The translations under genes were made by a program, and so were the position numbers. Under the pieces are notes generated by a model. The model did no database searches. It was not told the origin of the DNA and worked only from the letters and a program-made list of their open reading frames with translations. DNA of 64,000 bases from an uncultured Clostridia bacterium (lineage in GTDB: Bacteria > Bacillota > Clostridia > TANB77 > CAG-508): assembly GCA_944387565.1 (NCBI GenBank), contig CALXFJ010000004.1, positions 5,587 to 69,586 on the forward strand, in the 5' to 3' direction. Positions 1 to 10,912 of the stretch are shown here, in pieces; position 1 is the stretch's first letter, and every line of letters starts with the position of its first letter.

Positions 1-3000
1 ATAAAGCGATAGCTGGTTCTAAGATAAATGTAGAGGCAACAGTACCAGATACATTAGCAAACTTAGTAAAATGGGATTTATCTTCAATGTCTTGGATACA
101 AAATGGACAAGTAAGTAGTGATGGAAGAACAGTAACAGGAAGTTATACAGTAGCAGATACGGAGACATCATCTTCTGCTAAGCAAACTCTAGTATTTGTT
201 TTACAAGTTTATGGAGCTGGAAATGCAACGGAAATAATACCTACTTTTAATTTTAATATAGATGAAAATAGTGATACAGAGAAAGCTACAGTAACAGCGG
301 AAAAAGTAATAGTAAGTGCAAAGGGAAAGTATAATGTACAACTTGTAGAAAATAGAAATTTAAATAAAAGAGTTTTAGATTTAAATTATGCTGAACAATC
401 AATTGATGGAAGAGCATATGGATATGCTTTTATTTTACAATTATATAATGATAGTCCATCAAAAGGATTGAAAGGTGTAGAATATCCAAAAGGCGATATA
501 ACGTTTGATATTGACTTAAAATTGGAAAGAACTAAATTTGGCTCAACTGAACGAGAAGATATAACAAAAGATAGTGTACTTTTATGGAATTATAAAGTTA
601 ATTATGGAACGCCAATTATTGCAAATAGAGATATGAATTTTGGAGCAGGAAGTAGCTCTCTTTATGGAAATGCATCTCAAGATGCACCAATTGGCATAAA
701 AAATGATGACAGAAATTGTAGTGTATATAATTCTGGAAATATATTAATGCAACAGAATGAAAATAAAATAAAAGTAACAGTAAATAATTATTCATTTGAT
801 GGAATATTTCCAAAAGGTATAGATATTTACACGCAAAATGTATATTCAGATAATATTGGATGTTTTAGTGTAGGATATTTTCAGGTAATTATTCCAGATA
901 ATGAATCAACTACAGTAGAAGATAGGAATTACTATTTAACGATAAGTGATAGTAATTTCAAAGTGAGCTCGATAACTGAGGATAATATAACTAATCAAAT
1001 GGTAGTGACAGATGATAATGTAAGTATAAATCATGTTAGATATAGTCCGGGGACATTTAATCATCATATTTATTTATGGGGTATAAATGAAGGATTATTA
1101 CAATCAAGTGGTAGTGCAGGAGATTCTGTAAGAAGTATAGGTCAAGAATTATATGCAAGATCTTACATTGATATATCATGGACTAATGATTCAGATGATT
1201 ATCTAAGAACTGTGGATAGATTCTTTAAGTTTGATGGAGAAGCGTTTGAAATCTCTGATACGCCAAGTGCTGTTGGTATGAATCATATGAAATGGAAACA
1301 TTGGGTTGTAACAAAGAAAGATGGAACTAATTGGACAAGTCAAACTGATATGAATAATGGTAAAATAGAAGATATGAATTTATATGAACATCTAGCTGAT
1401 ATACCAGAGGGATATATTTGTATAGGGGTATATATAGAATCACAAGGTGGATATATTGAGGTACCAAGTAGGTTTGATGCTCAATTCTTTAATATTAGGC
1501 TTAAGGTAAAAGATAGTGCAAAAATAAATACAACGTATGCTTTTACAGAGACAAGTAAGTATTGGAGACAAGCATTAGATAGAAGTATATATAATCAAGA
1601 AAGATTGGATTCATATGATACATATCCAACATCAACATGGCATCAAGAAAATGAAAACTATATAAAAACAGAATATGATGCAAATGGTAATATAGTACCA
1701 GGAACACATAGTGGAGGATTTAGAGCTGGACAATCAGTTTTAATAGTAGGAGCAAACCTTCATGGAGATATTAAAGCTATTGATAGTTCTAAATCAGAAA
1801 AAGTAAACTATGATTTAGGGAAAAATGAAAATATAGTTACATATAGTGTAGAACCACAATTGGATGTAAATCCTAATTTAAGTTCACAAATAAGTAATGT
1901 AACATTAAAAAATGAAGTAACAATACCAAAAGGATTAGAGTATATACCTGGAAGTAGTAAAAGGGGAGAAAATAGTTATACAGAACTAGAGATAACTAAA
2001 AATAGTGATGGAAGTACTACATTAGTATGGTACATATATGGAGTAACAAGTGGTCAAGCAATAACACCAATAACTTTTAATGCAAGCATAGATAATGAAA
2101 CAGCTAATGGAACACAATATCAAGCAAAATTTGTAGTATCAGAATTAATTGGTAGTGATGGAATAAGTAAAATAGGAAATAACTTAATAACAAAGAGAAC
2201 ATCAACGGTATCAATAAATATAATAAACTTAGAGAGTCATAGGTTATACAAAGAAGTAGAAACACCAATAATTGAGAAGAATGGAGATGTAACATTTAAA
2301 ATAACTTATGAAAATAAAACAGAAACAGCAGTGCCAGATTTTCAAATGTTAGATATCTTACCATATAATGGAGATAACAGAGGAAGCAACTTTAATGGAA
2401 CATATACATTAAAAAATATAAATGTAAAACAAACATCAAATGGAGCCGATAAAGGAATAGATAATTTGAAGATTTATTCAACAAATTCTGATAATGTAAA
2501 AGGAATGACTGCCAAAGATACAGGAATAGGAACGGATAGTATATGGGAGAGTATTTCTAATGGAGATGTAAATAAGCAATCAAAAGGAATTGCAATAAAA
2601 GGAGAAGTACCAGGAAATACAAAAATAGAAGTAACTGTAACACTTGCTACAAACGGAAATAGTGCAAATGATGTTTATTCAAATAATGTAATGGCACAAG
2701 TATATAGTAATTCAGAACAAATGCAGTCATCAGCAGTAACAGCAAGAGTAGTAAATAGATATATAGAAGGAAAAGTATGGCAGGATAGTAATACAAATGG
2801 AGTAATAGATGATGGGGAAAAATATTTAGGTAATATTACATTAAAATTAATAAATACATCAAATAATAGTGAAGTAGCAAAAACTACAACAAATGAAAAT
2901 GGAGAATATAGCTTTAATGATTTAGCAAAAGGAAAATATAAAGTAGCAATAGAAGTAGATGGAACATACTATTATATAACAGAAAAAGAAGTAGGAACAA

Positions 3001-6000
3001 ATGTAGAGATAAATAGTAAATTTAATGAAGAAACAGAAGAAACAGATGAGATAACAAGACTAGATAGCTTACAAAGTCCAGTATTAGTAGAGGAAAATGT
3101 AAATGCAGGATTAGCAATAAAGAAAATAGAAATACCAGTAACAAAGCAATGGAATGATAATAATAATGAAGCACAAAAGAGACCAGATGGAATAATAGCA
3201 GTAATAAAAAACGGAACAACTGAAGTAACAAAACAAGAATTAAATAATAGTAATAATTGGAGATATACATTTACAGGATTACCAAAATATGATGATAACT
3301 TAAAAGAAATAAATTATACAGTAGAAGAACAAGAAAAGAATTCAGGAGACTTATATTTCTATACAAAAGGACAAGCAAGTGGAAGTATAACAAATGGATA
3401 TACAATAACAAATACATTTAGTGTACCAGATGAGAAGGTACAAGTACAGGTAACAAAAATATGGGATGATAATGGAAACACAGCAGGAAAAAGACCAACA
3501 AGTATAACATTAAAATTAACAGGAAGTGATGGAAAAGAATATACACAACAACTAAGTAGTAATAATGCAGAATCAGGAAATGCAAATAACTGGACATATA
3601 CATTTATGGAATTACCAAAATACGATAGATTAGGAAATGAAGTTGTATATACATTAAGTGAAGAAGCAACAGGAAGTATATTCTATACAGAAGGAAATAC
3701 TGTAGTAGACCAAGATACTAAGACAATCACAAATACATTCCAAGTACCAGATGAAACAGTAGAAGTACCAGTAACGAAAGTATGGAATGACAATAATAAT
3801 GAAGCTCAAAAGAGACCAGAAAGTGTAACAATAAAAGTAACAGGAAATGGACAAGAATATACACAAGAAATAAATGTAAGCAATAAAGGACAAGACGATA
3901 ATACATGGACATATACATTTACATTACCAAAATATGACGCAAATGGAAATGAGATAGAATATGCAGCAGATGAAGAAGATTCAAGGAATATGTTCTATAG
4001 TAAAGAAAATGTTACAGGAGATATGGAATCTGGATATACAATAACAAATAGATTTGTAGTACCAGATGATAAAGTAGAATTAACAGTAAATAAGGTATGG
4101 CAAGATAATGAAACACAAACACAAAGAAGACCAGAAGTAATAACAATAAATATAATAGGAGAAAACAATAAAGTAGTACAAAGTTATGACTTAAAAGTAA
4201 AAGAAGAAACAAGCCATACATTTACAGACTTACCAAAATATAATAGCTTAGGAAATGAAATAAACTACACAGTAGAAGAACAAGAAAAAAATATAGACGA
4301 CTTGAAATTCTACACAGGAAGTGTAGGAGATGTGGAAAGCACAGATGAAAATAGCAAAGAAGTAACAATAACAAATACATTTATAAGGCCAGAAGATAAA
4401 GTAAATATAATAGCAAACAAAGTATGGAATGATAATGAAGAACAATCAAATAGAAGGCCAGAGTCAATAATCTTAGTAGTAAAGAATGGAGACCAAGAAG
4501 TAGAAAGTAAAGAAGTAAATAGTACTAACTTAATAGAAGGAACAACAAATAAATGGTCAGTAGAATTTACAGGACTAGATAAGTATGATGAAAATGGACA
4601 AGAAATACAGTATACAATAGAAGAGAAAGAAAAGACAGAAGGAGATTTACACTTCTATCAAGCAGAAGAAAATAATGTAGCAGTAGAAGATAATCAAGCA
4701 ACAATAAGAAATGACTTTGTAAGACCAGAAGATACAACGTCTGTAACAGTAACAAAGAATTGGAATGATAGTAATAATGTAAATGGAAGAAGACCAACAT
4801 CTATAAAATTACAAGTAAAAAATGGAGAAAATGTAGTATCTGAGCAAGAAGTAAGTGCTAAAAATAACTGGACATATACATTTACAGACTTACCAAAATA
4901 TGATGACAATGGAAAAGAAATAGAATATACAGTAGCAGAAGCAGAAGTAAATAGTGGAGACTTGAAGTTCTATACAAATGACAATGTATCTGGAGATATG
5001 ACAAGTGGATATACAATAACAAATACATTTAAAGTACCGGATGAAAAAGTAAGTTTAACAGTAAACAAAGTATGGAAAGATAATGCAGTGCAAAGTCTAA
5101 GAAGACCAAAAGTTATTACAATAAATGTATTAGGAGAATCTGGTGTAGTACAAAGTTATGACTTAAATGTAGCAAGTGAAACAAGCCATACATTTACTGA
5201 CTTACCAAAATATAATAAAACTACTGGTAAAGAAATAACATACACAGTAGAAGAACAAGAAAAGAATCCGGGAGACTTAAAGTTCTATACAAGTTCTATT
5301 TCAGGAGACATGAATACTGGATATACAATAACAAACACATTTAAAGTACCAGATGAAAAGGCAAATGTTGTTGTAACAAAAGTATGGGAAGACAATAATA
5401 ATGAAGCTAATAAGAGACCAACAAGTATTAAATTATTGTTAAAGAACGAAACAAAAACACTAAGAGAACAAGAAATAAGTTCTAATGATGCAGAAGAAGG
5501 AAATACAAATACATGGACATATGAATTTACAGACTTAGATAAATATAATTCAAATGGACAAGAAATTGTATACACAGCAGATGAAGCAGAAATAAATAGT
5601 GGAGACTTACAATTCTATAATAAGAAAGTAAGTGGAACAACAATAACAAATACATTTACACAAGATACAACTAAAGTTGAAGTAACAGTAAATAAGGTAT
5701 GGGTAGATACAGAAGCTCAAGAAGCAAGAAGACCAGAAAGTGTAGTAATTGTATTAAAAGCAAATGGAGAAGAAATTAATAGAGCAGAAGTAAGTGGAGA
5801 AAATCAAGAAGATAAAGATAATTGGTCATATACATTTAAAGATTTACCAAAATATGATGAGTTTAATAATATAATAAACTATACAGTAGATGAAGCAGAA
5901 GCAAATAAGGGAGATTTAAAATTCTATAGTAAAGCAATAGATGGAACAACAATAACAAACACATTTACAAGACCAACAGAAACAATAAGTATAGAAGTAA

Positions 6001-9000
6001 ATAAAAAATGGGAAGACCAAGAAAACAGATATGAAAAGAGACCAGTATCAATAAAATACCAAGTAAAAAATGGAGAAGAAGTAGTAGCAGAAAAGATAGT
6101 AACAAATAAAGATAACTGGGAATACACATTTGAAGGATTAGATAAATACAACGAAGAAGGACAAGAAATTACATATACAGTAGATGAGCAAGAAGTAATC
6201 TCAGGAGACTTATACTACTATGAAAAGACAGCAGGAGAAGTAACAGATAAAGCAGGAAGTGTAAATGTAAAAGAAGCAACAGTAACAAACACAATGGTAA
6301 AAATACCATCTACAGTAGTAGTAAAATATGTTGATAAAAATACAGGAGAAGAGATATCAGAAGCAAAAGAAAAAGAAGGAATAATAGGAGAAGAATTTGA
6401 TGTAACAGAAGATGTAAAAGAAATACCAGGATACACACTAGTAGAAGAGCCAGAAGAAAAGAAAGGAACATATACGTCAGAAGTACAAGAAAAAATCTAC
6501 TATTATGCAAAAAATACAAAAGTAATAGTAAAATACTTAGAAAAAGATGAAACAGAAGAAGATAGTGATAATAAAGTATTATCAGAGCAAATCGAAATGT
6601 CAGGATACGAAGGAGAAGGTTATGCAACAAATAGTAAGCAAATAGAAGGATATACATTAGTAGCAACAAAAGGAAACTTAAGTGGAACAATGACAAGAGA
6701 AGAGCAAGTAGTAGTATACTATTATGCAAAAAACACAAAAGTAATAGTTAAGTATTTAGAAAAAGATGATACACCAACAGATACAAGTGATAATAAAGTA
6801 TTATTACCAGAAAATACAATAGAAGGATATGTAGGAAAAGAATACAAAACAACAGAAGAAGTAATACCAGGATATACATTAGTACAAAAAACAACAAACT
6901 ATGAAGGAGTAATGACAGAAGATGTAATAGAAGTAGTGTACTATTATGCAAAAAATACAAGTGTAGTAGTAAAATATCTAGAACAAGATGATACACCAGA
7001 TAATAATGATGATAATACAGTATTAGCAGAAGAGATTGTAATTTCTGGATATGAGGGAAAATCATATGAAACAGAGAAGAAAGATATAGAAAACTATACA
7101 TTTGTAGAAGATACAGAAAATACAAGTGGAACAATGACAAAAGAACAAATAGAAGTAATTTACTATTATGCACAAAATACAAAGGCAAAAGTACAACATA
7201 TAGATAGAGAAACAGGAAAAATCTTAAAAGAAGAAACAACAAACGGAAAAGTAGGAGACTTATTTAAAACACATGCAGAAGACTTTGAAGGGTATGTATT
7301 AGTAGAATCACCAGAAGAACCAAACATCATAATGGATAAGACAGGAACACAAATAGTAAAATACTATTATGCACATGTATCAGCAGGAATAATAGAAAAA
7401 CATATAGATGAAATAACAGGAGAATTACTATATAGTGAAGAACATAAAGGAAATGAAGGAGACCCATATAACATACCATCAAAAGAATTTGCAGGATATG
7501 ATTTAGTAACAGATAAGCTTCCAGAAAATAGTGAAGGAACAATGTTAAGAGATGAGGTAATAGAAGTTAAATACTATTACATAAAGAAAGCAACAGTAGT
7601 AGTAAAATATGTTGATGAAAATACAGGAGAAGAAATAGCAAAAGAAGAAACAATAGAAGGACATGAAAATGATAGCTATGAAACACAAGAAAAACAAATA
7701 GATGACTATAATCTAGTAAAAACACCTGAAAATGCAAGTGGAACAATGGTAATAACAAAGAATGAAGATGGAACATATAACACAGAAATAGAAGTAATAT
7801 ACTACTATAAGAAAATAGCAGGAGGAGTAAAAGAAAACCACATAGATATAAATACAGGAAAGAAATTATACACAGAAGAACATAAAGGAAATGTGGGAGA
7901 TGAATATGAAATACCATCAAAAGAATTTGAAGGATATGATTTAGTAACAGAGAGATTACCAGATAATAGTAAGGGAACAATGACAGAAAAAGAAATAGAA
8001 GTAAATTACTATTATGAAAAACAAGCAAAAGTAAAAGTAGAGTATATAGATAAACAAACAGGAGAAAAACTAGATGAAGAAGAAATAAAAGGACATGTAG
8101 GAGATAGCTATGAAACAGAAGAAAAAGAATTTGATGGGTATGACTTAGTAGAAAAACCATCAAACGATAAAGGAGAGATGAAAGAAGAAGAGACAGTAGT
8201 TAAGTACTATTATGCAAGAAAAGCAGAAGTAGAAGTTAAATACTTAGAAAAAGGAACAGATTATGAAGTAGCAGAAGGAAGTACACTAAATGGATATGTA
8301 GGAGACAAATATGAGACAGAACAAAAAGAAATACCATATTATAAATTTATAGAGAAAACAGAAAACTGGAAAGGAAATATGAGCCAAGAGAAGATAACAG
8401 TAATATACTACTATGAAAAAGAAATATTCAATTTAGGAGTAGACAAATGGGTATCAAATGTAAATATCAATGGAATAGGAGGAGCAGCACAAAACATAGG
8501 AAACAAAGATGAAATCTATAAAGTTGATATATACAGAAAAGATGCAAATACAGCAAATGTAAAAGTGACATATAAGATAAGAATAACAAATAAAGGAGAA
8601 ATAGAAGGAACAGTAGGAAGGTTAACAGATATAATCCCATCAGGATATAGCTATAATAAAGAGGATAATGAAATCTATTTTGAAAACAATAGTGGAGTAT
8701 TAACAACAGATGCCCTAAAAGATGAAGTAATACAACCAGGAGAATACAAAGAAATAGAAGTAGTATTAAGATGGACAGGAGGAGAAGGAAACTTTGGGCA
8801 AAAAGATAATATGGTAATATTAACAGAATTAAATAATCCAGCAGGATATGAAGACATAGATAAAGAAGATAACGCTGATACTTCAAGTATGATAATAACA
8901 GTAGCAACAGGACTAGACAGAAATGATAGAATAGCAATAATAGGAATAGTTCAAATAGTACTAGTAATAACAATAGGATTATTACTAAGTTATAAGAAAA

Positions 9001-9023
9001 AAGAAAAACATCAAGACAAATAG
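1..9023 (+). CDS. Giant cell-surface adhesin, 5' end outside the window. Contains an SdrD-B-like domain, 10 CnaB repeats, 10 MucBP repeats, a DUF11-like C-terminal domain and a membrane anchor.
   Basis: The frame of the 87..9023 ORF stays open back to nt 3, so the gene starts upstream. Recurrent VTKVWxDxxNxxxKRP...NWxYTFxxLPKYD modules are CnaB-type. Recurrent V(V/I)VKY(V/L)(D/E)...YYYAK modules are MucBP-type. The C-terminus has a hydrophobic helix and a KKKEKHQDK tail. Confidence 0.85.
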   Translation, partial: KAIAGSKINVEATVPDTLANLVKWDLSSMSWIQNGQVSSDGRTVTGSYTVADTETSSSAKQTLVFVLQVYGAGNATEIIPTFNFNIDENSDTEKATVTAEKVIVSAKGKYNVQLVENRNLNKRVLDLNYAEQSIDGRAYGYAFILQLYNDSPSKGLKGVEYPKGDITFDIDLKLERTKFGSTEREDITKDSVLLWNYKVNYGTPIIANRDMNFGAGSSSLYGNASQDAPIGIKNDDRNCSVYNSGNILMQQNENKIKVTVNNYSFDGIFPKGIDIYTQNVYSDNIGCFSVGYFQVIIPDNESTTVEDRNYYLTISDSNFKVSSITEDNITNQMVVTDDNVSINHVRYSPGTFNHHIYLWGINEGLLQSSGSAGDSVRSIGQELYARSYIDISWTNDSDDYLRTVDRFFKFDGEAFEISDTPSAVGMNHMKWKHWVVTKKDGTNWTSQTDMNNGKIEDMNLYEHLADIPEGYICIGVYIESQGGYIEVPSRFDAQFFNIRLKVKDSAKINTTYAFTETSKYWRQALDRSIYNQERLDSYDTYPTSTWHQENENYIKTEYDANGNIVPGTHSGGFRAGQSVLIVGANLHGDIKAIDSSKSEKVNYDLGKNENIVTYSVEPQLDVNPNLSSQISNVTLKNEVTIPKGLEYIPGSSKRGENSYTELEITKNSDGSTTLVWYIYGVTSGQAITPITFNASIDNETANGTQYQAKFVVSELIGSDGISKIGNNLITKRTSTVSINIINLESHRLYKEVETPIIEKNGDVTFKITYENKTETAVPDFQMLDILPYNGDNRGSNFNGTYTLKNINVKQTSNGADKGIDNLKIYSTNSDNVKGMTAKDTGIGTDSIWESISNGDVNKQSKGIAIKGEVPGNTKIEVTVTLATNGNSANDVYSNNVMAQVYSNSEQMQSSAVTARVVNRYIEGKVWQDSNTNGVIDDGEKYLGNITLKLINTSNNSEVAKTTTNENGEYSFNDLAKGKYKVAIEVDGTYYYITEKEVGTNVEINSKFNEETEETDEITRLDSLQSPVLVEENVNAGLAIKKIEIPVTKQWNDNNNEAQKRPDGIIAVIKNGTTEVTKQELNNSNNWRYTFTGLPKYDDNLKEINYTVEEQEKNSGDLYFYTKGQASGSITNGYTITNTFSVPDEKVQVQVTKIWDDNGNTAGKRPTSITLKLTGSDGKEYTQQLSSNNAESGNANNWTYTFMELPKYDRLGNEVVYTLSEEATGSIFYTEGNTVVDQDTKTITNTFQVPDETVEVPVTKVWNDNNNEAQKRPESVTIKVTGNGQEYTQEINVSNKGQDDNTWTYTFTLPKYDANGNEIEYAADEEDSRNMFYSKENVTGDMESGYTITNRFVVPDDKVELTVNKVWQDNETQTQRRPEVITINIIGENNKVVQSYDLKVKEETSHTFTDLPKYNSLGNEINYTVEEQEKNIDDLKFYTGSVGDVESTDENSKEVTITNTFIRPEDKVNIIANKVWNDNEEQSNRRPESIILVVKNGDQEVESKEVNSTNLIEGTTNKWSVEFTGLDKYDENGQEIQYTIEEKEKTEGDLHFYQAEENNVAVEDNQATIRNDFVRPEDTTSVTVTKNWNDSNNVNGRRPTSIKLQVKNGENVVSEQEVSAKNNWTYTFTDLPKYDDNGKEIEYTVAEAEVNSGDLKFYTNDNVSGDMTSGYTITNTFKVPDEKVSLTVNKVWKDNAVQSLRRPKVITINVLGESGVVQSYDLNVASETSHTFTDLPKYNKTTGKEITYTVEEQEKNPGDLKFYTSSISGDMNTGYTITNTFKVPDEKANVVVTKVWEDNNNEANKRPTSIKLLLKNETKTLREQEISSNDAEEGNTNTWTYEFTDLDKYNSNGQEIVYTADEAEINSGDLQFYNKKVSGTTITNTFTQDTTKVEVTVNKVWVDTEAQEARRPESVVIVLKANGEEINRAEVSGENQEDKDNWSYTFKDLPKYDEFNNIINYTVDEAEANKGDLKFYSKAIDGTTITNTFTRPTETISIEVNKKWEDQENRYEKRPVSIKYQVKNGEEVVAEKIVTNKDNWEYTFEGLDKYNEEGQEITYTVDEQEVISGDLYYYEKTAGEVTDKAGSVNVKEATVTNTMVKIPSTVVVKYVDKNTGEEISEAKEKEGIIGEEFDVTEDVKEIPGYTLVEEPEEKKGTYTSEVQEKIYYYAKNTKVIVKYLEKDETEEDSDNKVLSEQIEMSGYEGEGYATNSKQIEGYTLVATKGNLSGTMTREEQVVVYYYAKNTKVIVKYLEKDDTPTDTSDNKVLLPENTIEGYVGKEYKTTEEVIPGYTLVQKTTNYEGVMTEDVIEVVYYYAKNTSVVVKYLEQDDTPDNNDDNTVLAEEIVISGYEGKSYETEKKDIENYTFVEDTENTSGTMTKEQIEVIYYYAQNTKAKVQHIDRETGKILKEETTNGKVGDLFKTHAEDFEGYVLVESPEEPNIIMDKTGTQIVKYYYAHVSAGIIEKHIDEITGELLYSEEHKGNEGDPYNIPSKEFAGYDLVTDKLPENSEGTMLRDEVIEVKYYYIKKATVVVKYVDENTGEEIAKEETIEGHENDSYETQEKQIDDYNLVKTPENASGTMVITKNEDGTYNTEIEVIYYYKKIAGGVKENHIDINTGKKLYTEEHKGNVGDEYEIPSKEFEGYDLVTERLPDNSKGTMTEKEIEVNYYYEKQAKVKVEYIDKQTGEKLDEEEIKGHVGDSYETEEKEFDGYDLVEKPSNDKGEMKEEETVVKYYYARKAEVEVKYLEKGTDYEVAEGSTLNGYVGDKYETEQKEIPYYKFIEKTENWKGNMSQEKITVIYYYEKEIFNLGVDKWVSNVNINGIGGAAQNIGNKDEIYKVDIYRKDANTANVKVTYKIRITNKGEIEGTVGRLTDIIPSGYSYNKEDNEIYFENNSGVLTTDALKDEVIQPGEYKEIEVVLRWTGGEGNFGQKDNMVILTELNNPAGYEDIDKEDNADTSSMIITVATGLDRNDRIAIIGIVQIVLVITIGLLLSYKKKEKHQDK
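3124..6300 (+). repeat. 10 tandem CnaB-type coding repeats (about 95-105 aa each)
   Basis: Ten occurrences of (T/N)K.W.D....(K/R)RP followed by NW.YTF..L.KYD and Y(T/A)V.E. Boundaries are approximate. Confidence 0.7.
6301..8425 (+). repeat. 10 tandem MucBP-type coding repeats (about 70 aa each)
   Basis: Ten units begin like VVVKYVDKNTGEEI / VIVKYLEKDD / AKVQHIDRETGK and end in (V/I)xYYY(A/E/K)K. Boundaries are approximate. Confidence 0.65.
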
Positions 9024-9036
9024 CAAAAACAAAGAT

Positions 9037-9070
9037 AAATGTCGCATGAGATAATTCTTGTGCGACATTT
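9037..9070 (+). terminator. Hairpin after the giant adhesin gene
   Basis: AAATGTCGCA (9037-46) and TGCGACATTT (9061-70) form a perfect 10-bp stem with a 14-nt loop. The U-tail is weak. Confidence 0.5.
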
Positions 9071-9577
9071 AAATTAGATATATATCAAAGTTTTTTATTA
9101 TACTTATTTCCATCACTAATAGTATTATTTATATTTTAATTTATTTTGTAATATGATTAATTTTTCGAGAAAGTATTGCATAATAAAATAATTTATGGTA
9201 TTATTTGTAAAGCAATTATGTAGCTATGTAATTTTAGAATCAAATTATATTAATCATATTAAATTATATAAAAATAATTCAAATATATTTAAAGTCAAAG
9301 AAATTCCAAATTTAAATAAAAAGTTTTTAATTTTAATGCTTATTAACAAGCTCTTAAATATGAGTGTTTATTAAACTTGTTAAAAATTAATTAGAATCTA
9401 TAAATTTTATTAGAAATATCAAAAATAATAATTTTTATTCAAAATTATAAAATCTAAAAAAATCCAATAAAGAAAGAAAAAGTTAGGAAAAAAAAGAAAT
9501 AAAAAGAAAAAGTAAAACATTTACTAATAAAACAACTTGATTTTAAAAGTAAAACACATTATAATAGGAGGAAATAT

Positions 9578-10657
9578 ATGAAAAGTAAAAAAGAATTAAG
9601 AGATAAAGAAAAAAGAGATAAGGAAAAAGAAAATAAAGGAGAAAAGGAAAGAAAAAGAAGATATAAAGTACATGATAGTATATTTAAAGAAGAACTAGAA
9701 GATAAGGAAGAATTTAAAGATTTTCTAAAAGATTTTACAGGATATGAGTTAGAAGAAAAAGATATAGAGCAAAGTAATCCTGAATATAGAACAGCAATAG
9801 GATTTAATGGAAAATGTATAGATATATTATATAAAGTAGTAGGAGAAGAAACATATATAGTAGTAGAGCATCAAAGTACAATAGATTATGCAATGAGTGA
9901 AAGAATAACAGAATATTGTATGGCGATAATAGAAAGTAGAAAAAAATATATGAAACTAAGTAAAGAAAGAGAGGCACCAGTAATAATACCATATGTATTA
10001 AATACAAATAAAAGGAAATGGAATGCAACGAGAACAATAAAGCAAAAAGAGGATAATAAATATAGATTTCCAGTATTAACATATCCAAAATATAATGTAA
10101 TAGATATACATGATTATACAATAGAAGAATTACTAAATAAAGGAACAGGAGTATCATTTGTAATGGCAATAGAAAAAGCAAAGACAAAAGAGCAATTAGA
10201 AGAGTTAATGACAAAATTAGAAGAAAAAGAATTAAATGAAAGACAAAAAAGGGCATTATATTTAGTAATAATAAATTCAGAGGAATTATTATCATATATA
10301 CCAAAGAAAGAGCAAATGAAAGCAAAAGAAATAATGGAAAAAATAATGAAAGGAGAAGAGGAAGATATGGAACAATTAGATTTTACGAAAACAGTAATAA
10401 GAGTAATGAAAGAAAAAGACAAAAAAATGAAAGAAAAAGATGAGAAAATGAAAGAAAAAGACGAAAAAATGAAAGAGAAAGATGAAATAATAAAACAAAA
10501 AGAAGCAATAATAAAAGAAAATACAGAAGAAAAAGAAAAGAGTATAATTCAATTAATTAAAAAAATGGTAAAAAATAAAGTAAAAGATGAAGATATAATG
10601 GACTATTTAAATATAGACCAAAAACAATTGAAAAAATACAAACTACAAATAACATAA
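9578..10657 (+). CDS. Rpn/YhgA-like (PD-(D/E)XK, transposase_31-type) putative recombination-promoting nuclease with a K/E-rich repeat tail
   Basis: RBS AGGAGG lies 6 nt upstream. The N-terminal HDSIFKE...F..FL motif and overall length resemble the Rpn family from memory. No homology search was possible. Confidence 0.5.
   Translation: MKSKKELRDKEKRDKEKENKGEKERKRRYKVHDSIFKEELEDKEEFKDFLKDFTGYELEEKDIEQSNPEYRTAIGFNGKCIDILYKVVGEETYIVVEHQSTIDYAMSERITEYCMAIIESRKKYMKLSKEREAPVIIPYVLNTNKRKWNATRTIKQKEDNKYRFPVLTYPKYNVIDIHDYTIEELLNKGTGVSFVMAIEKAKTKEQLEELMTKLEEKELNERQKRALYLVIINSEELLSYIPKKEQMKAKEIMEKIMKGEEEDMEQLDFTKTVIRVMKEKDKKMKEKDEKMKEKDEKMKEKDEIIKQKEAIIKENTEEKEKSIIQLIKKMVKNKVKDEDIMDYLNIDQKQLKKYKLQIT
10406..10489 (+). 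repeat. 4 x 21-nt in-frame tandem repeat (MKEKD(K/E)(K/I) heptads)
   Basis: ATG-AAA-GA(A/G)-AAA-GA(C/T)... units start at 10406, 10427, 10448 and 10469. Confidence 0.85.
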
Positions 10658-10912
10658 ATAAAGTAAATTAAAATAATAAAGAATCAGAAAAAGCTCTGGT
10701 TCTTTATGTTCAAAAAGACAATTATTCTCAAATTAAATTAATTGCCAGTTATGCTAGTATATTTGAAAATTGTTTTAAAAAACTTTTCCAAATTAGGAGA
10801 ATCAATAATCTTAACAAGTTTTTAAAAGTTACAATTTGCTCTTTTCCTATTGATATTTTATCTTATTTATTATAAAATAAGCGCAGCAATAAAAAAGGAA
10901 AAGTGGTAAAAT

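Noticed and set aside
9537-9565. TTGATT-17-TATAAT promoter match upstream of the Rpn-like gene.
   Set aside because: The -10 ends only 12 nt before the ATG, so the transcript would start inside or after the SD. It is either leaderless expression or a chance match in A/T-rich DNA.
9578-10657. Possibility that the Rpn/transposase_31-like gene marks a mobile element.
   Set aside because: No terminal inverted repeats, target duplications or integrase/transposase partners are visible in the flanks. The surrounding 0.5-kb A/T-rich spacer shows no repeat structure.
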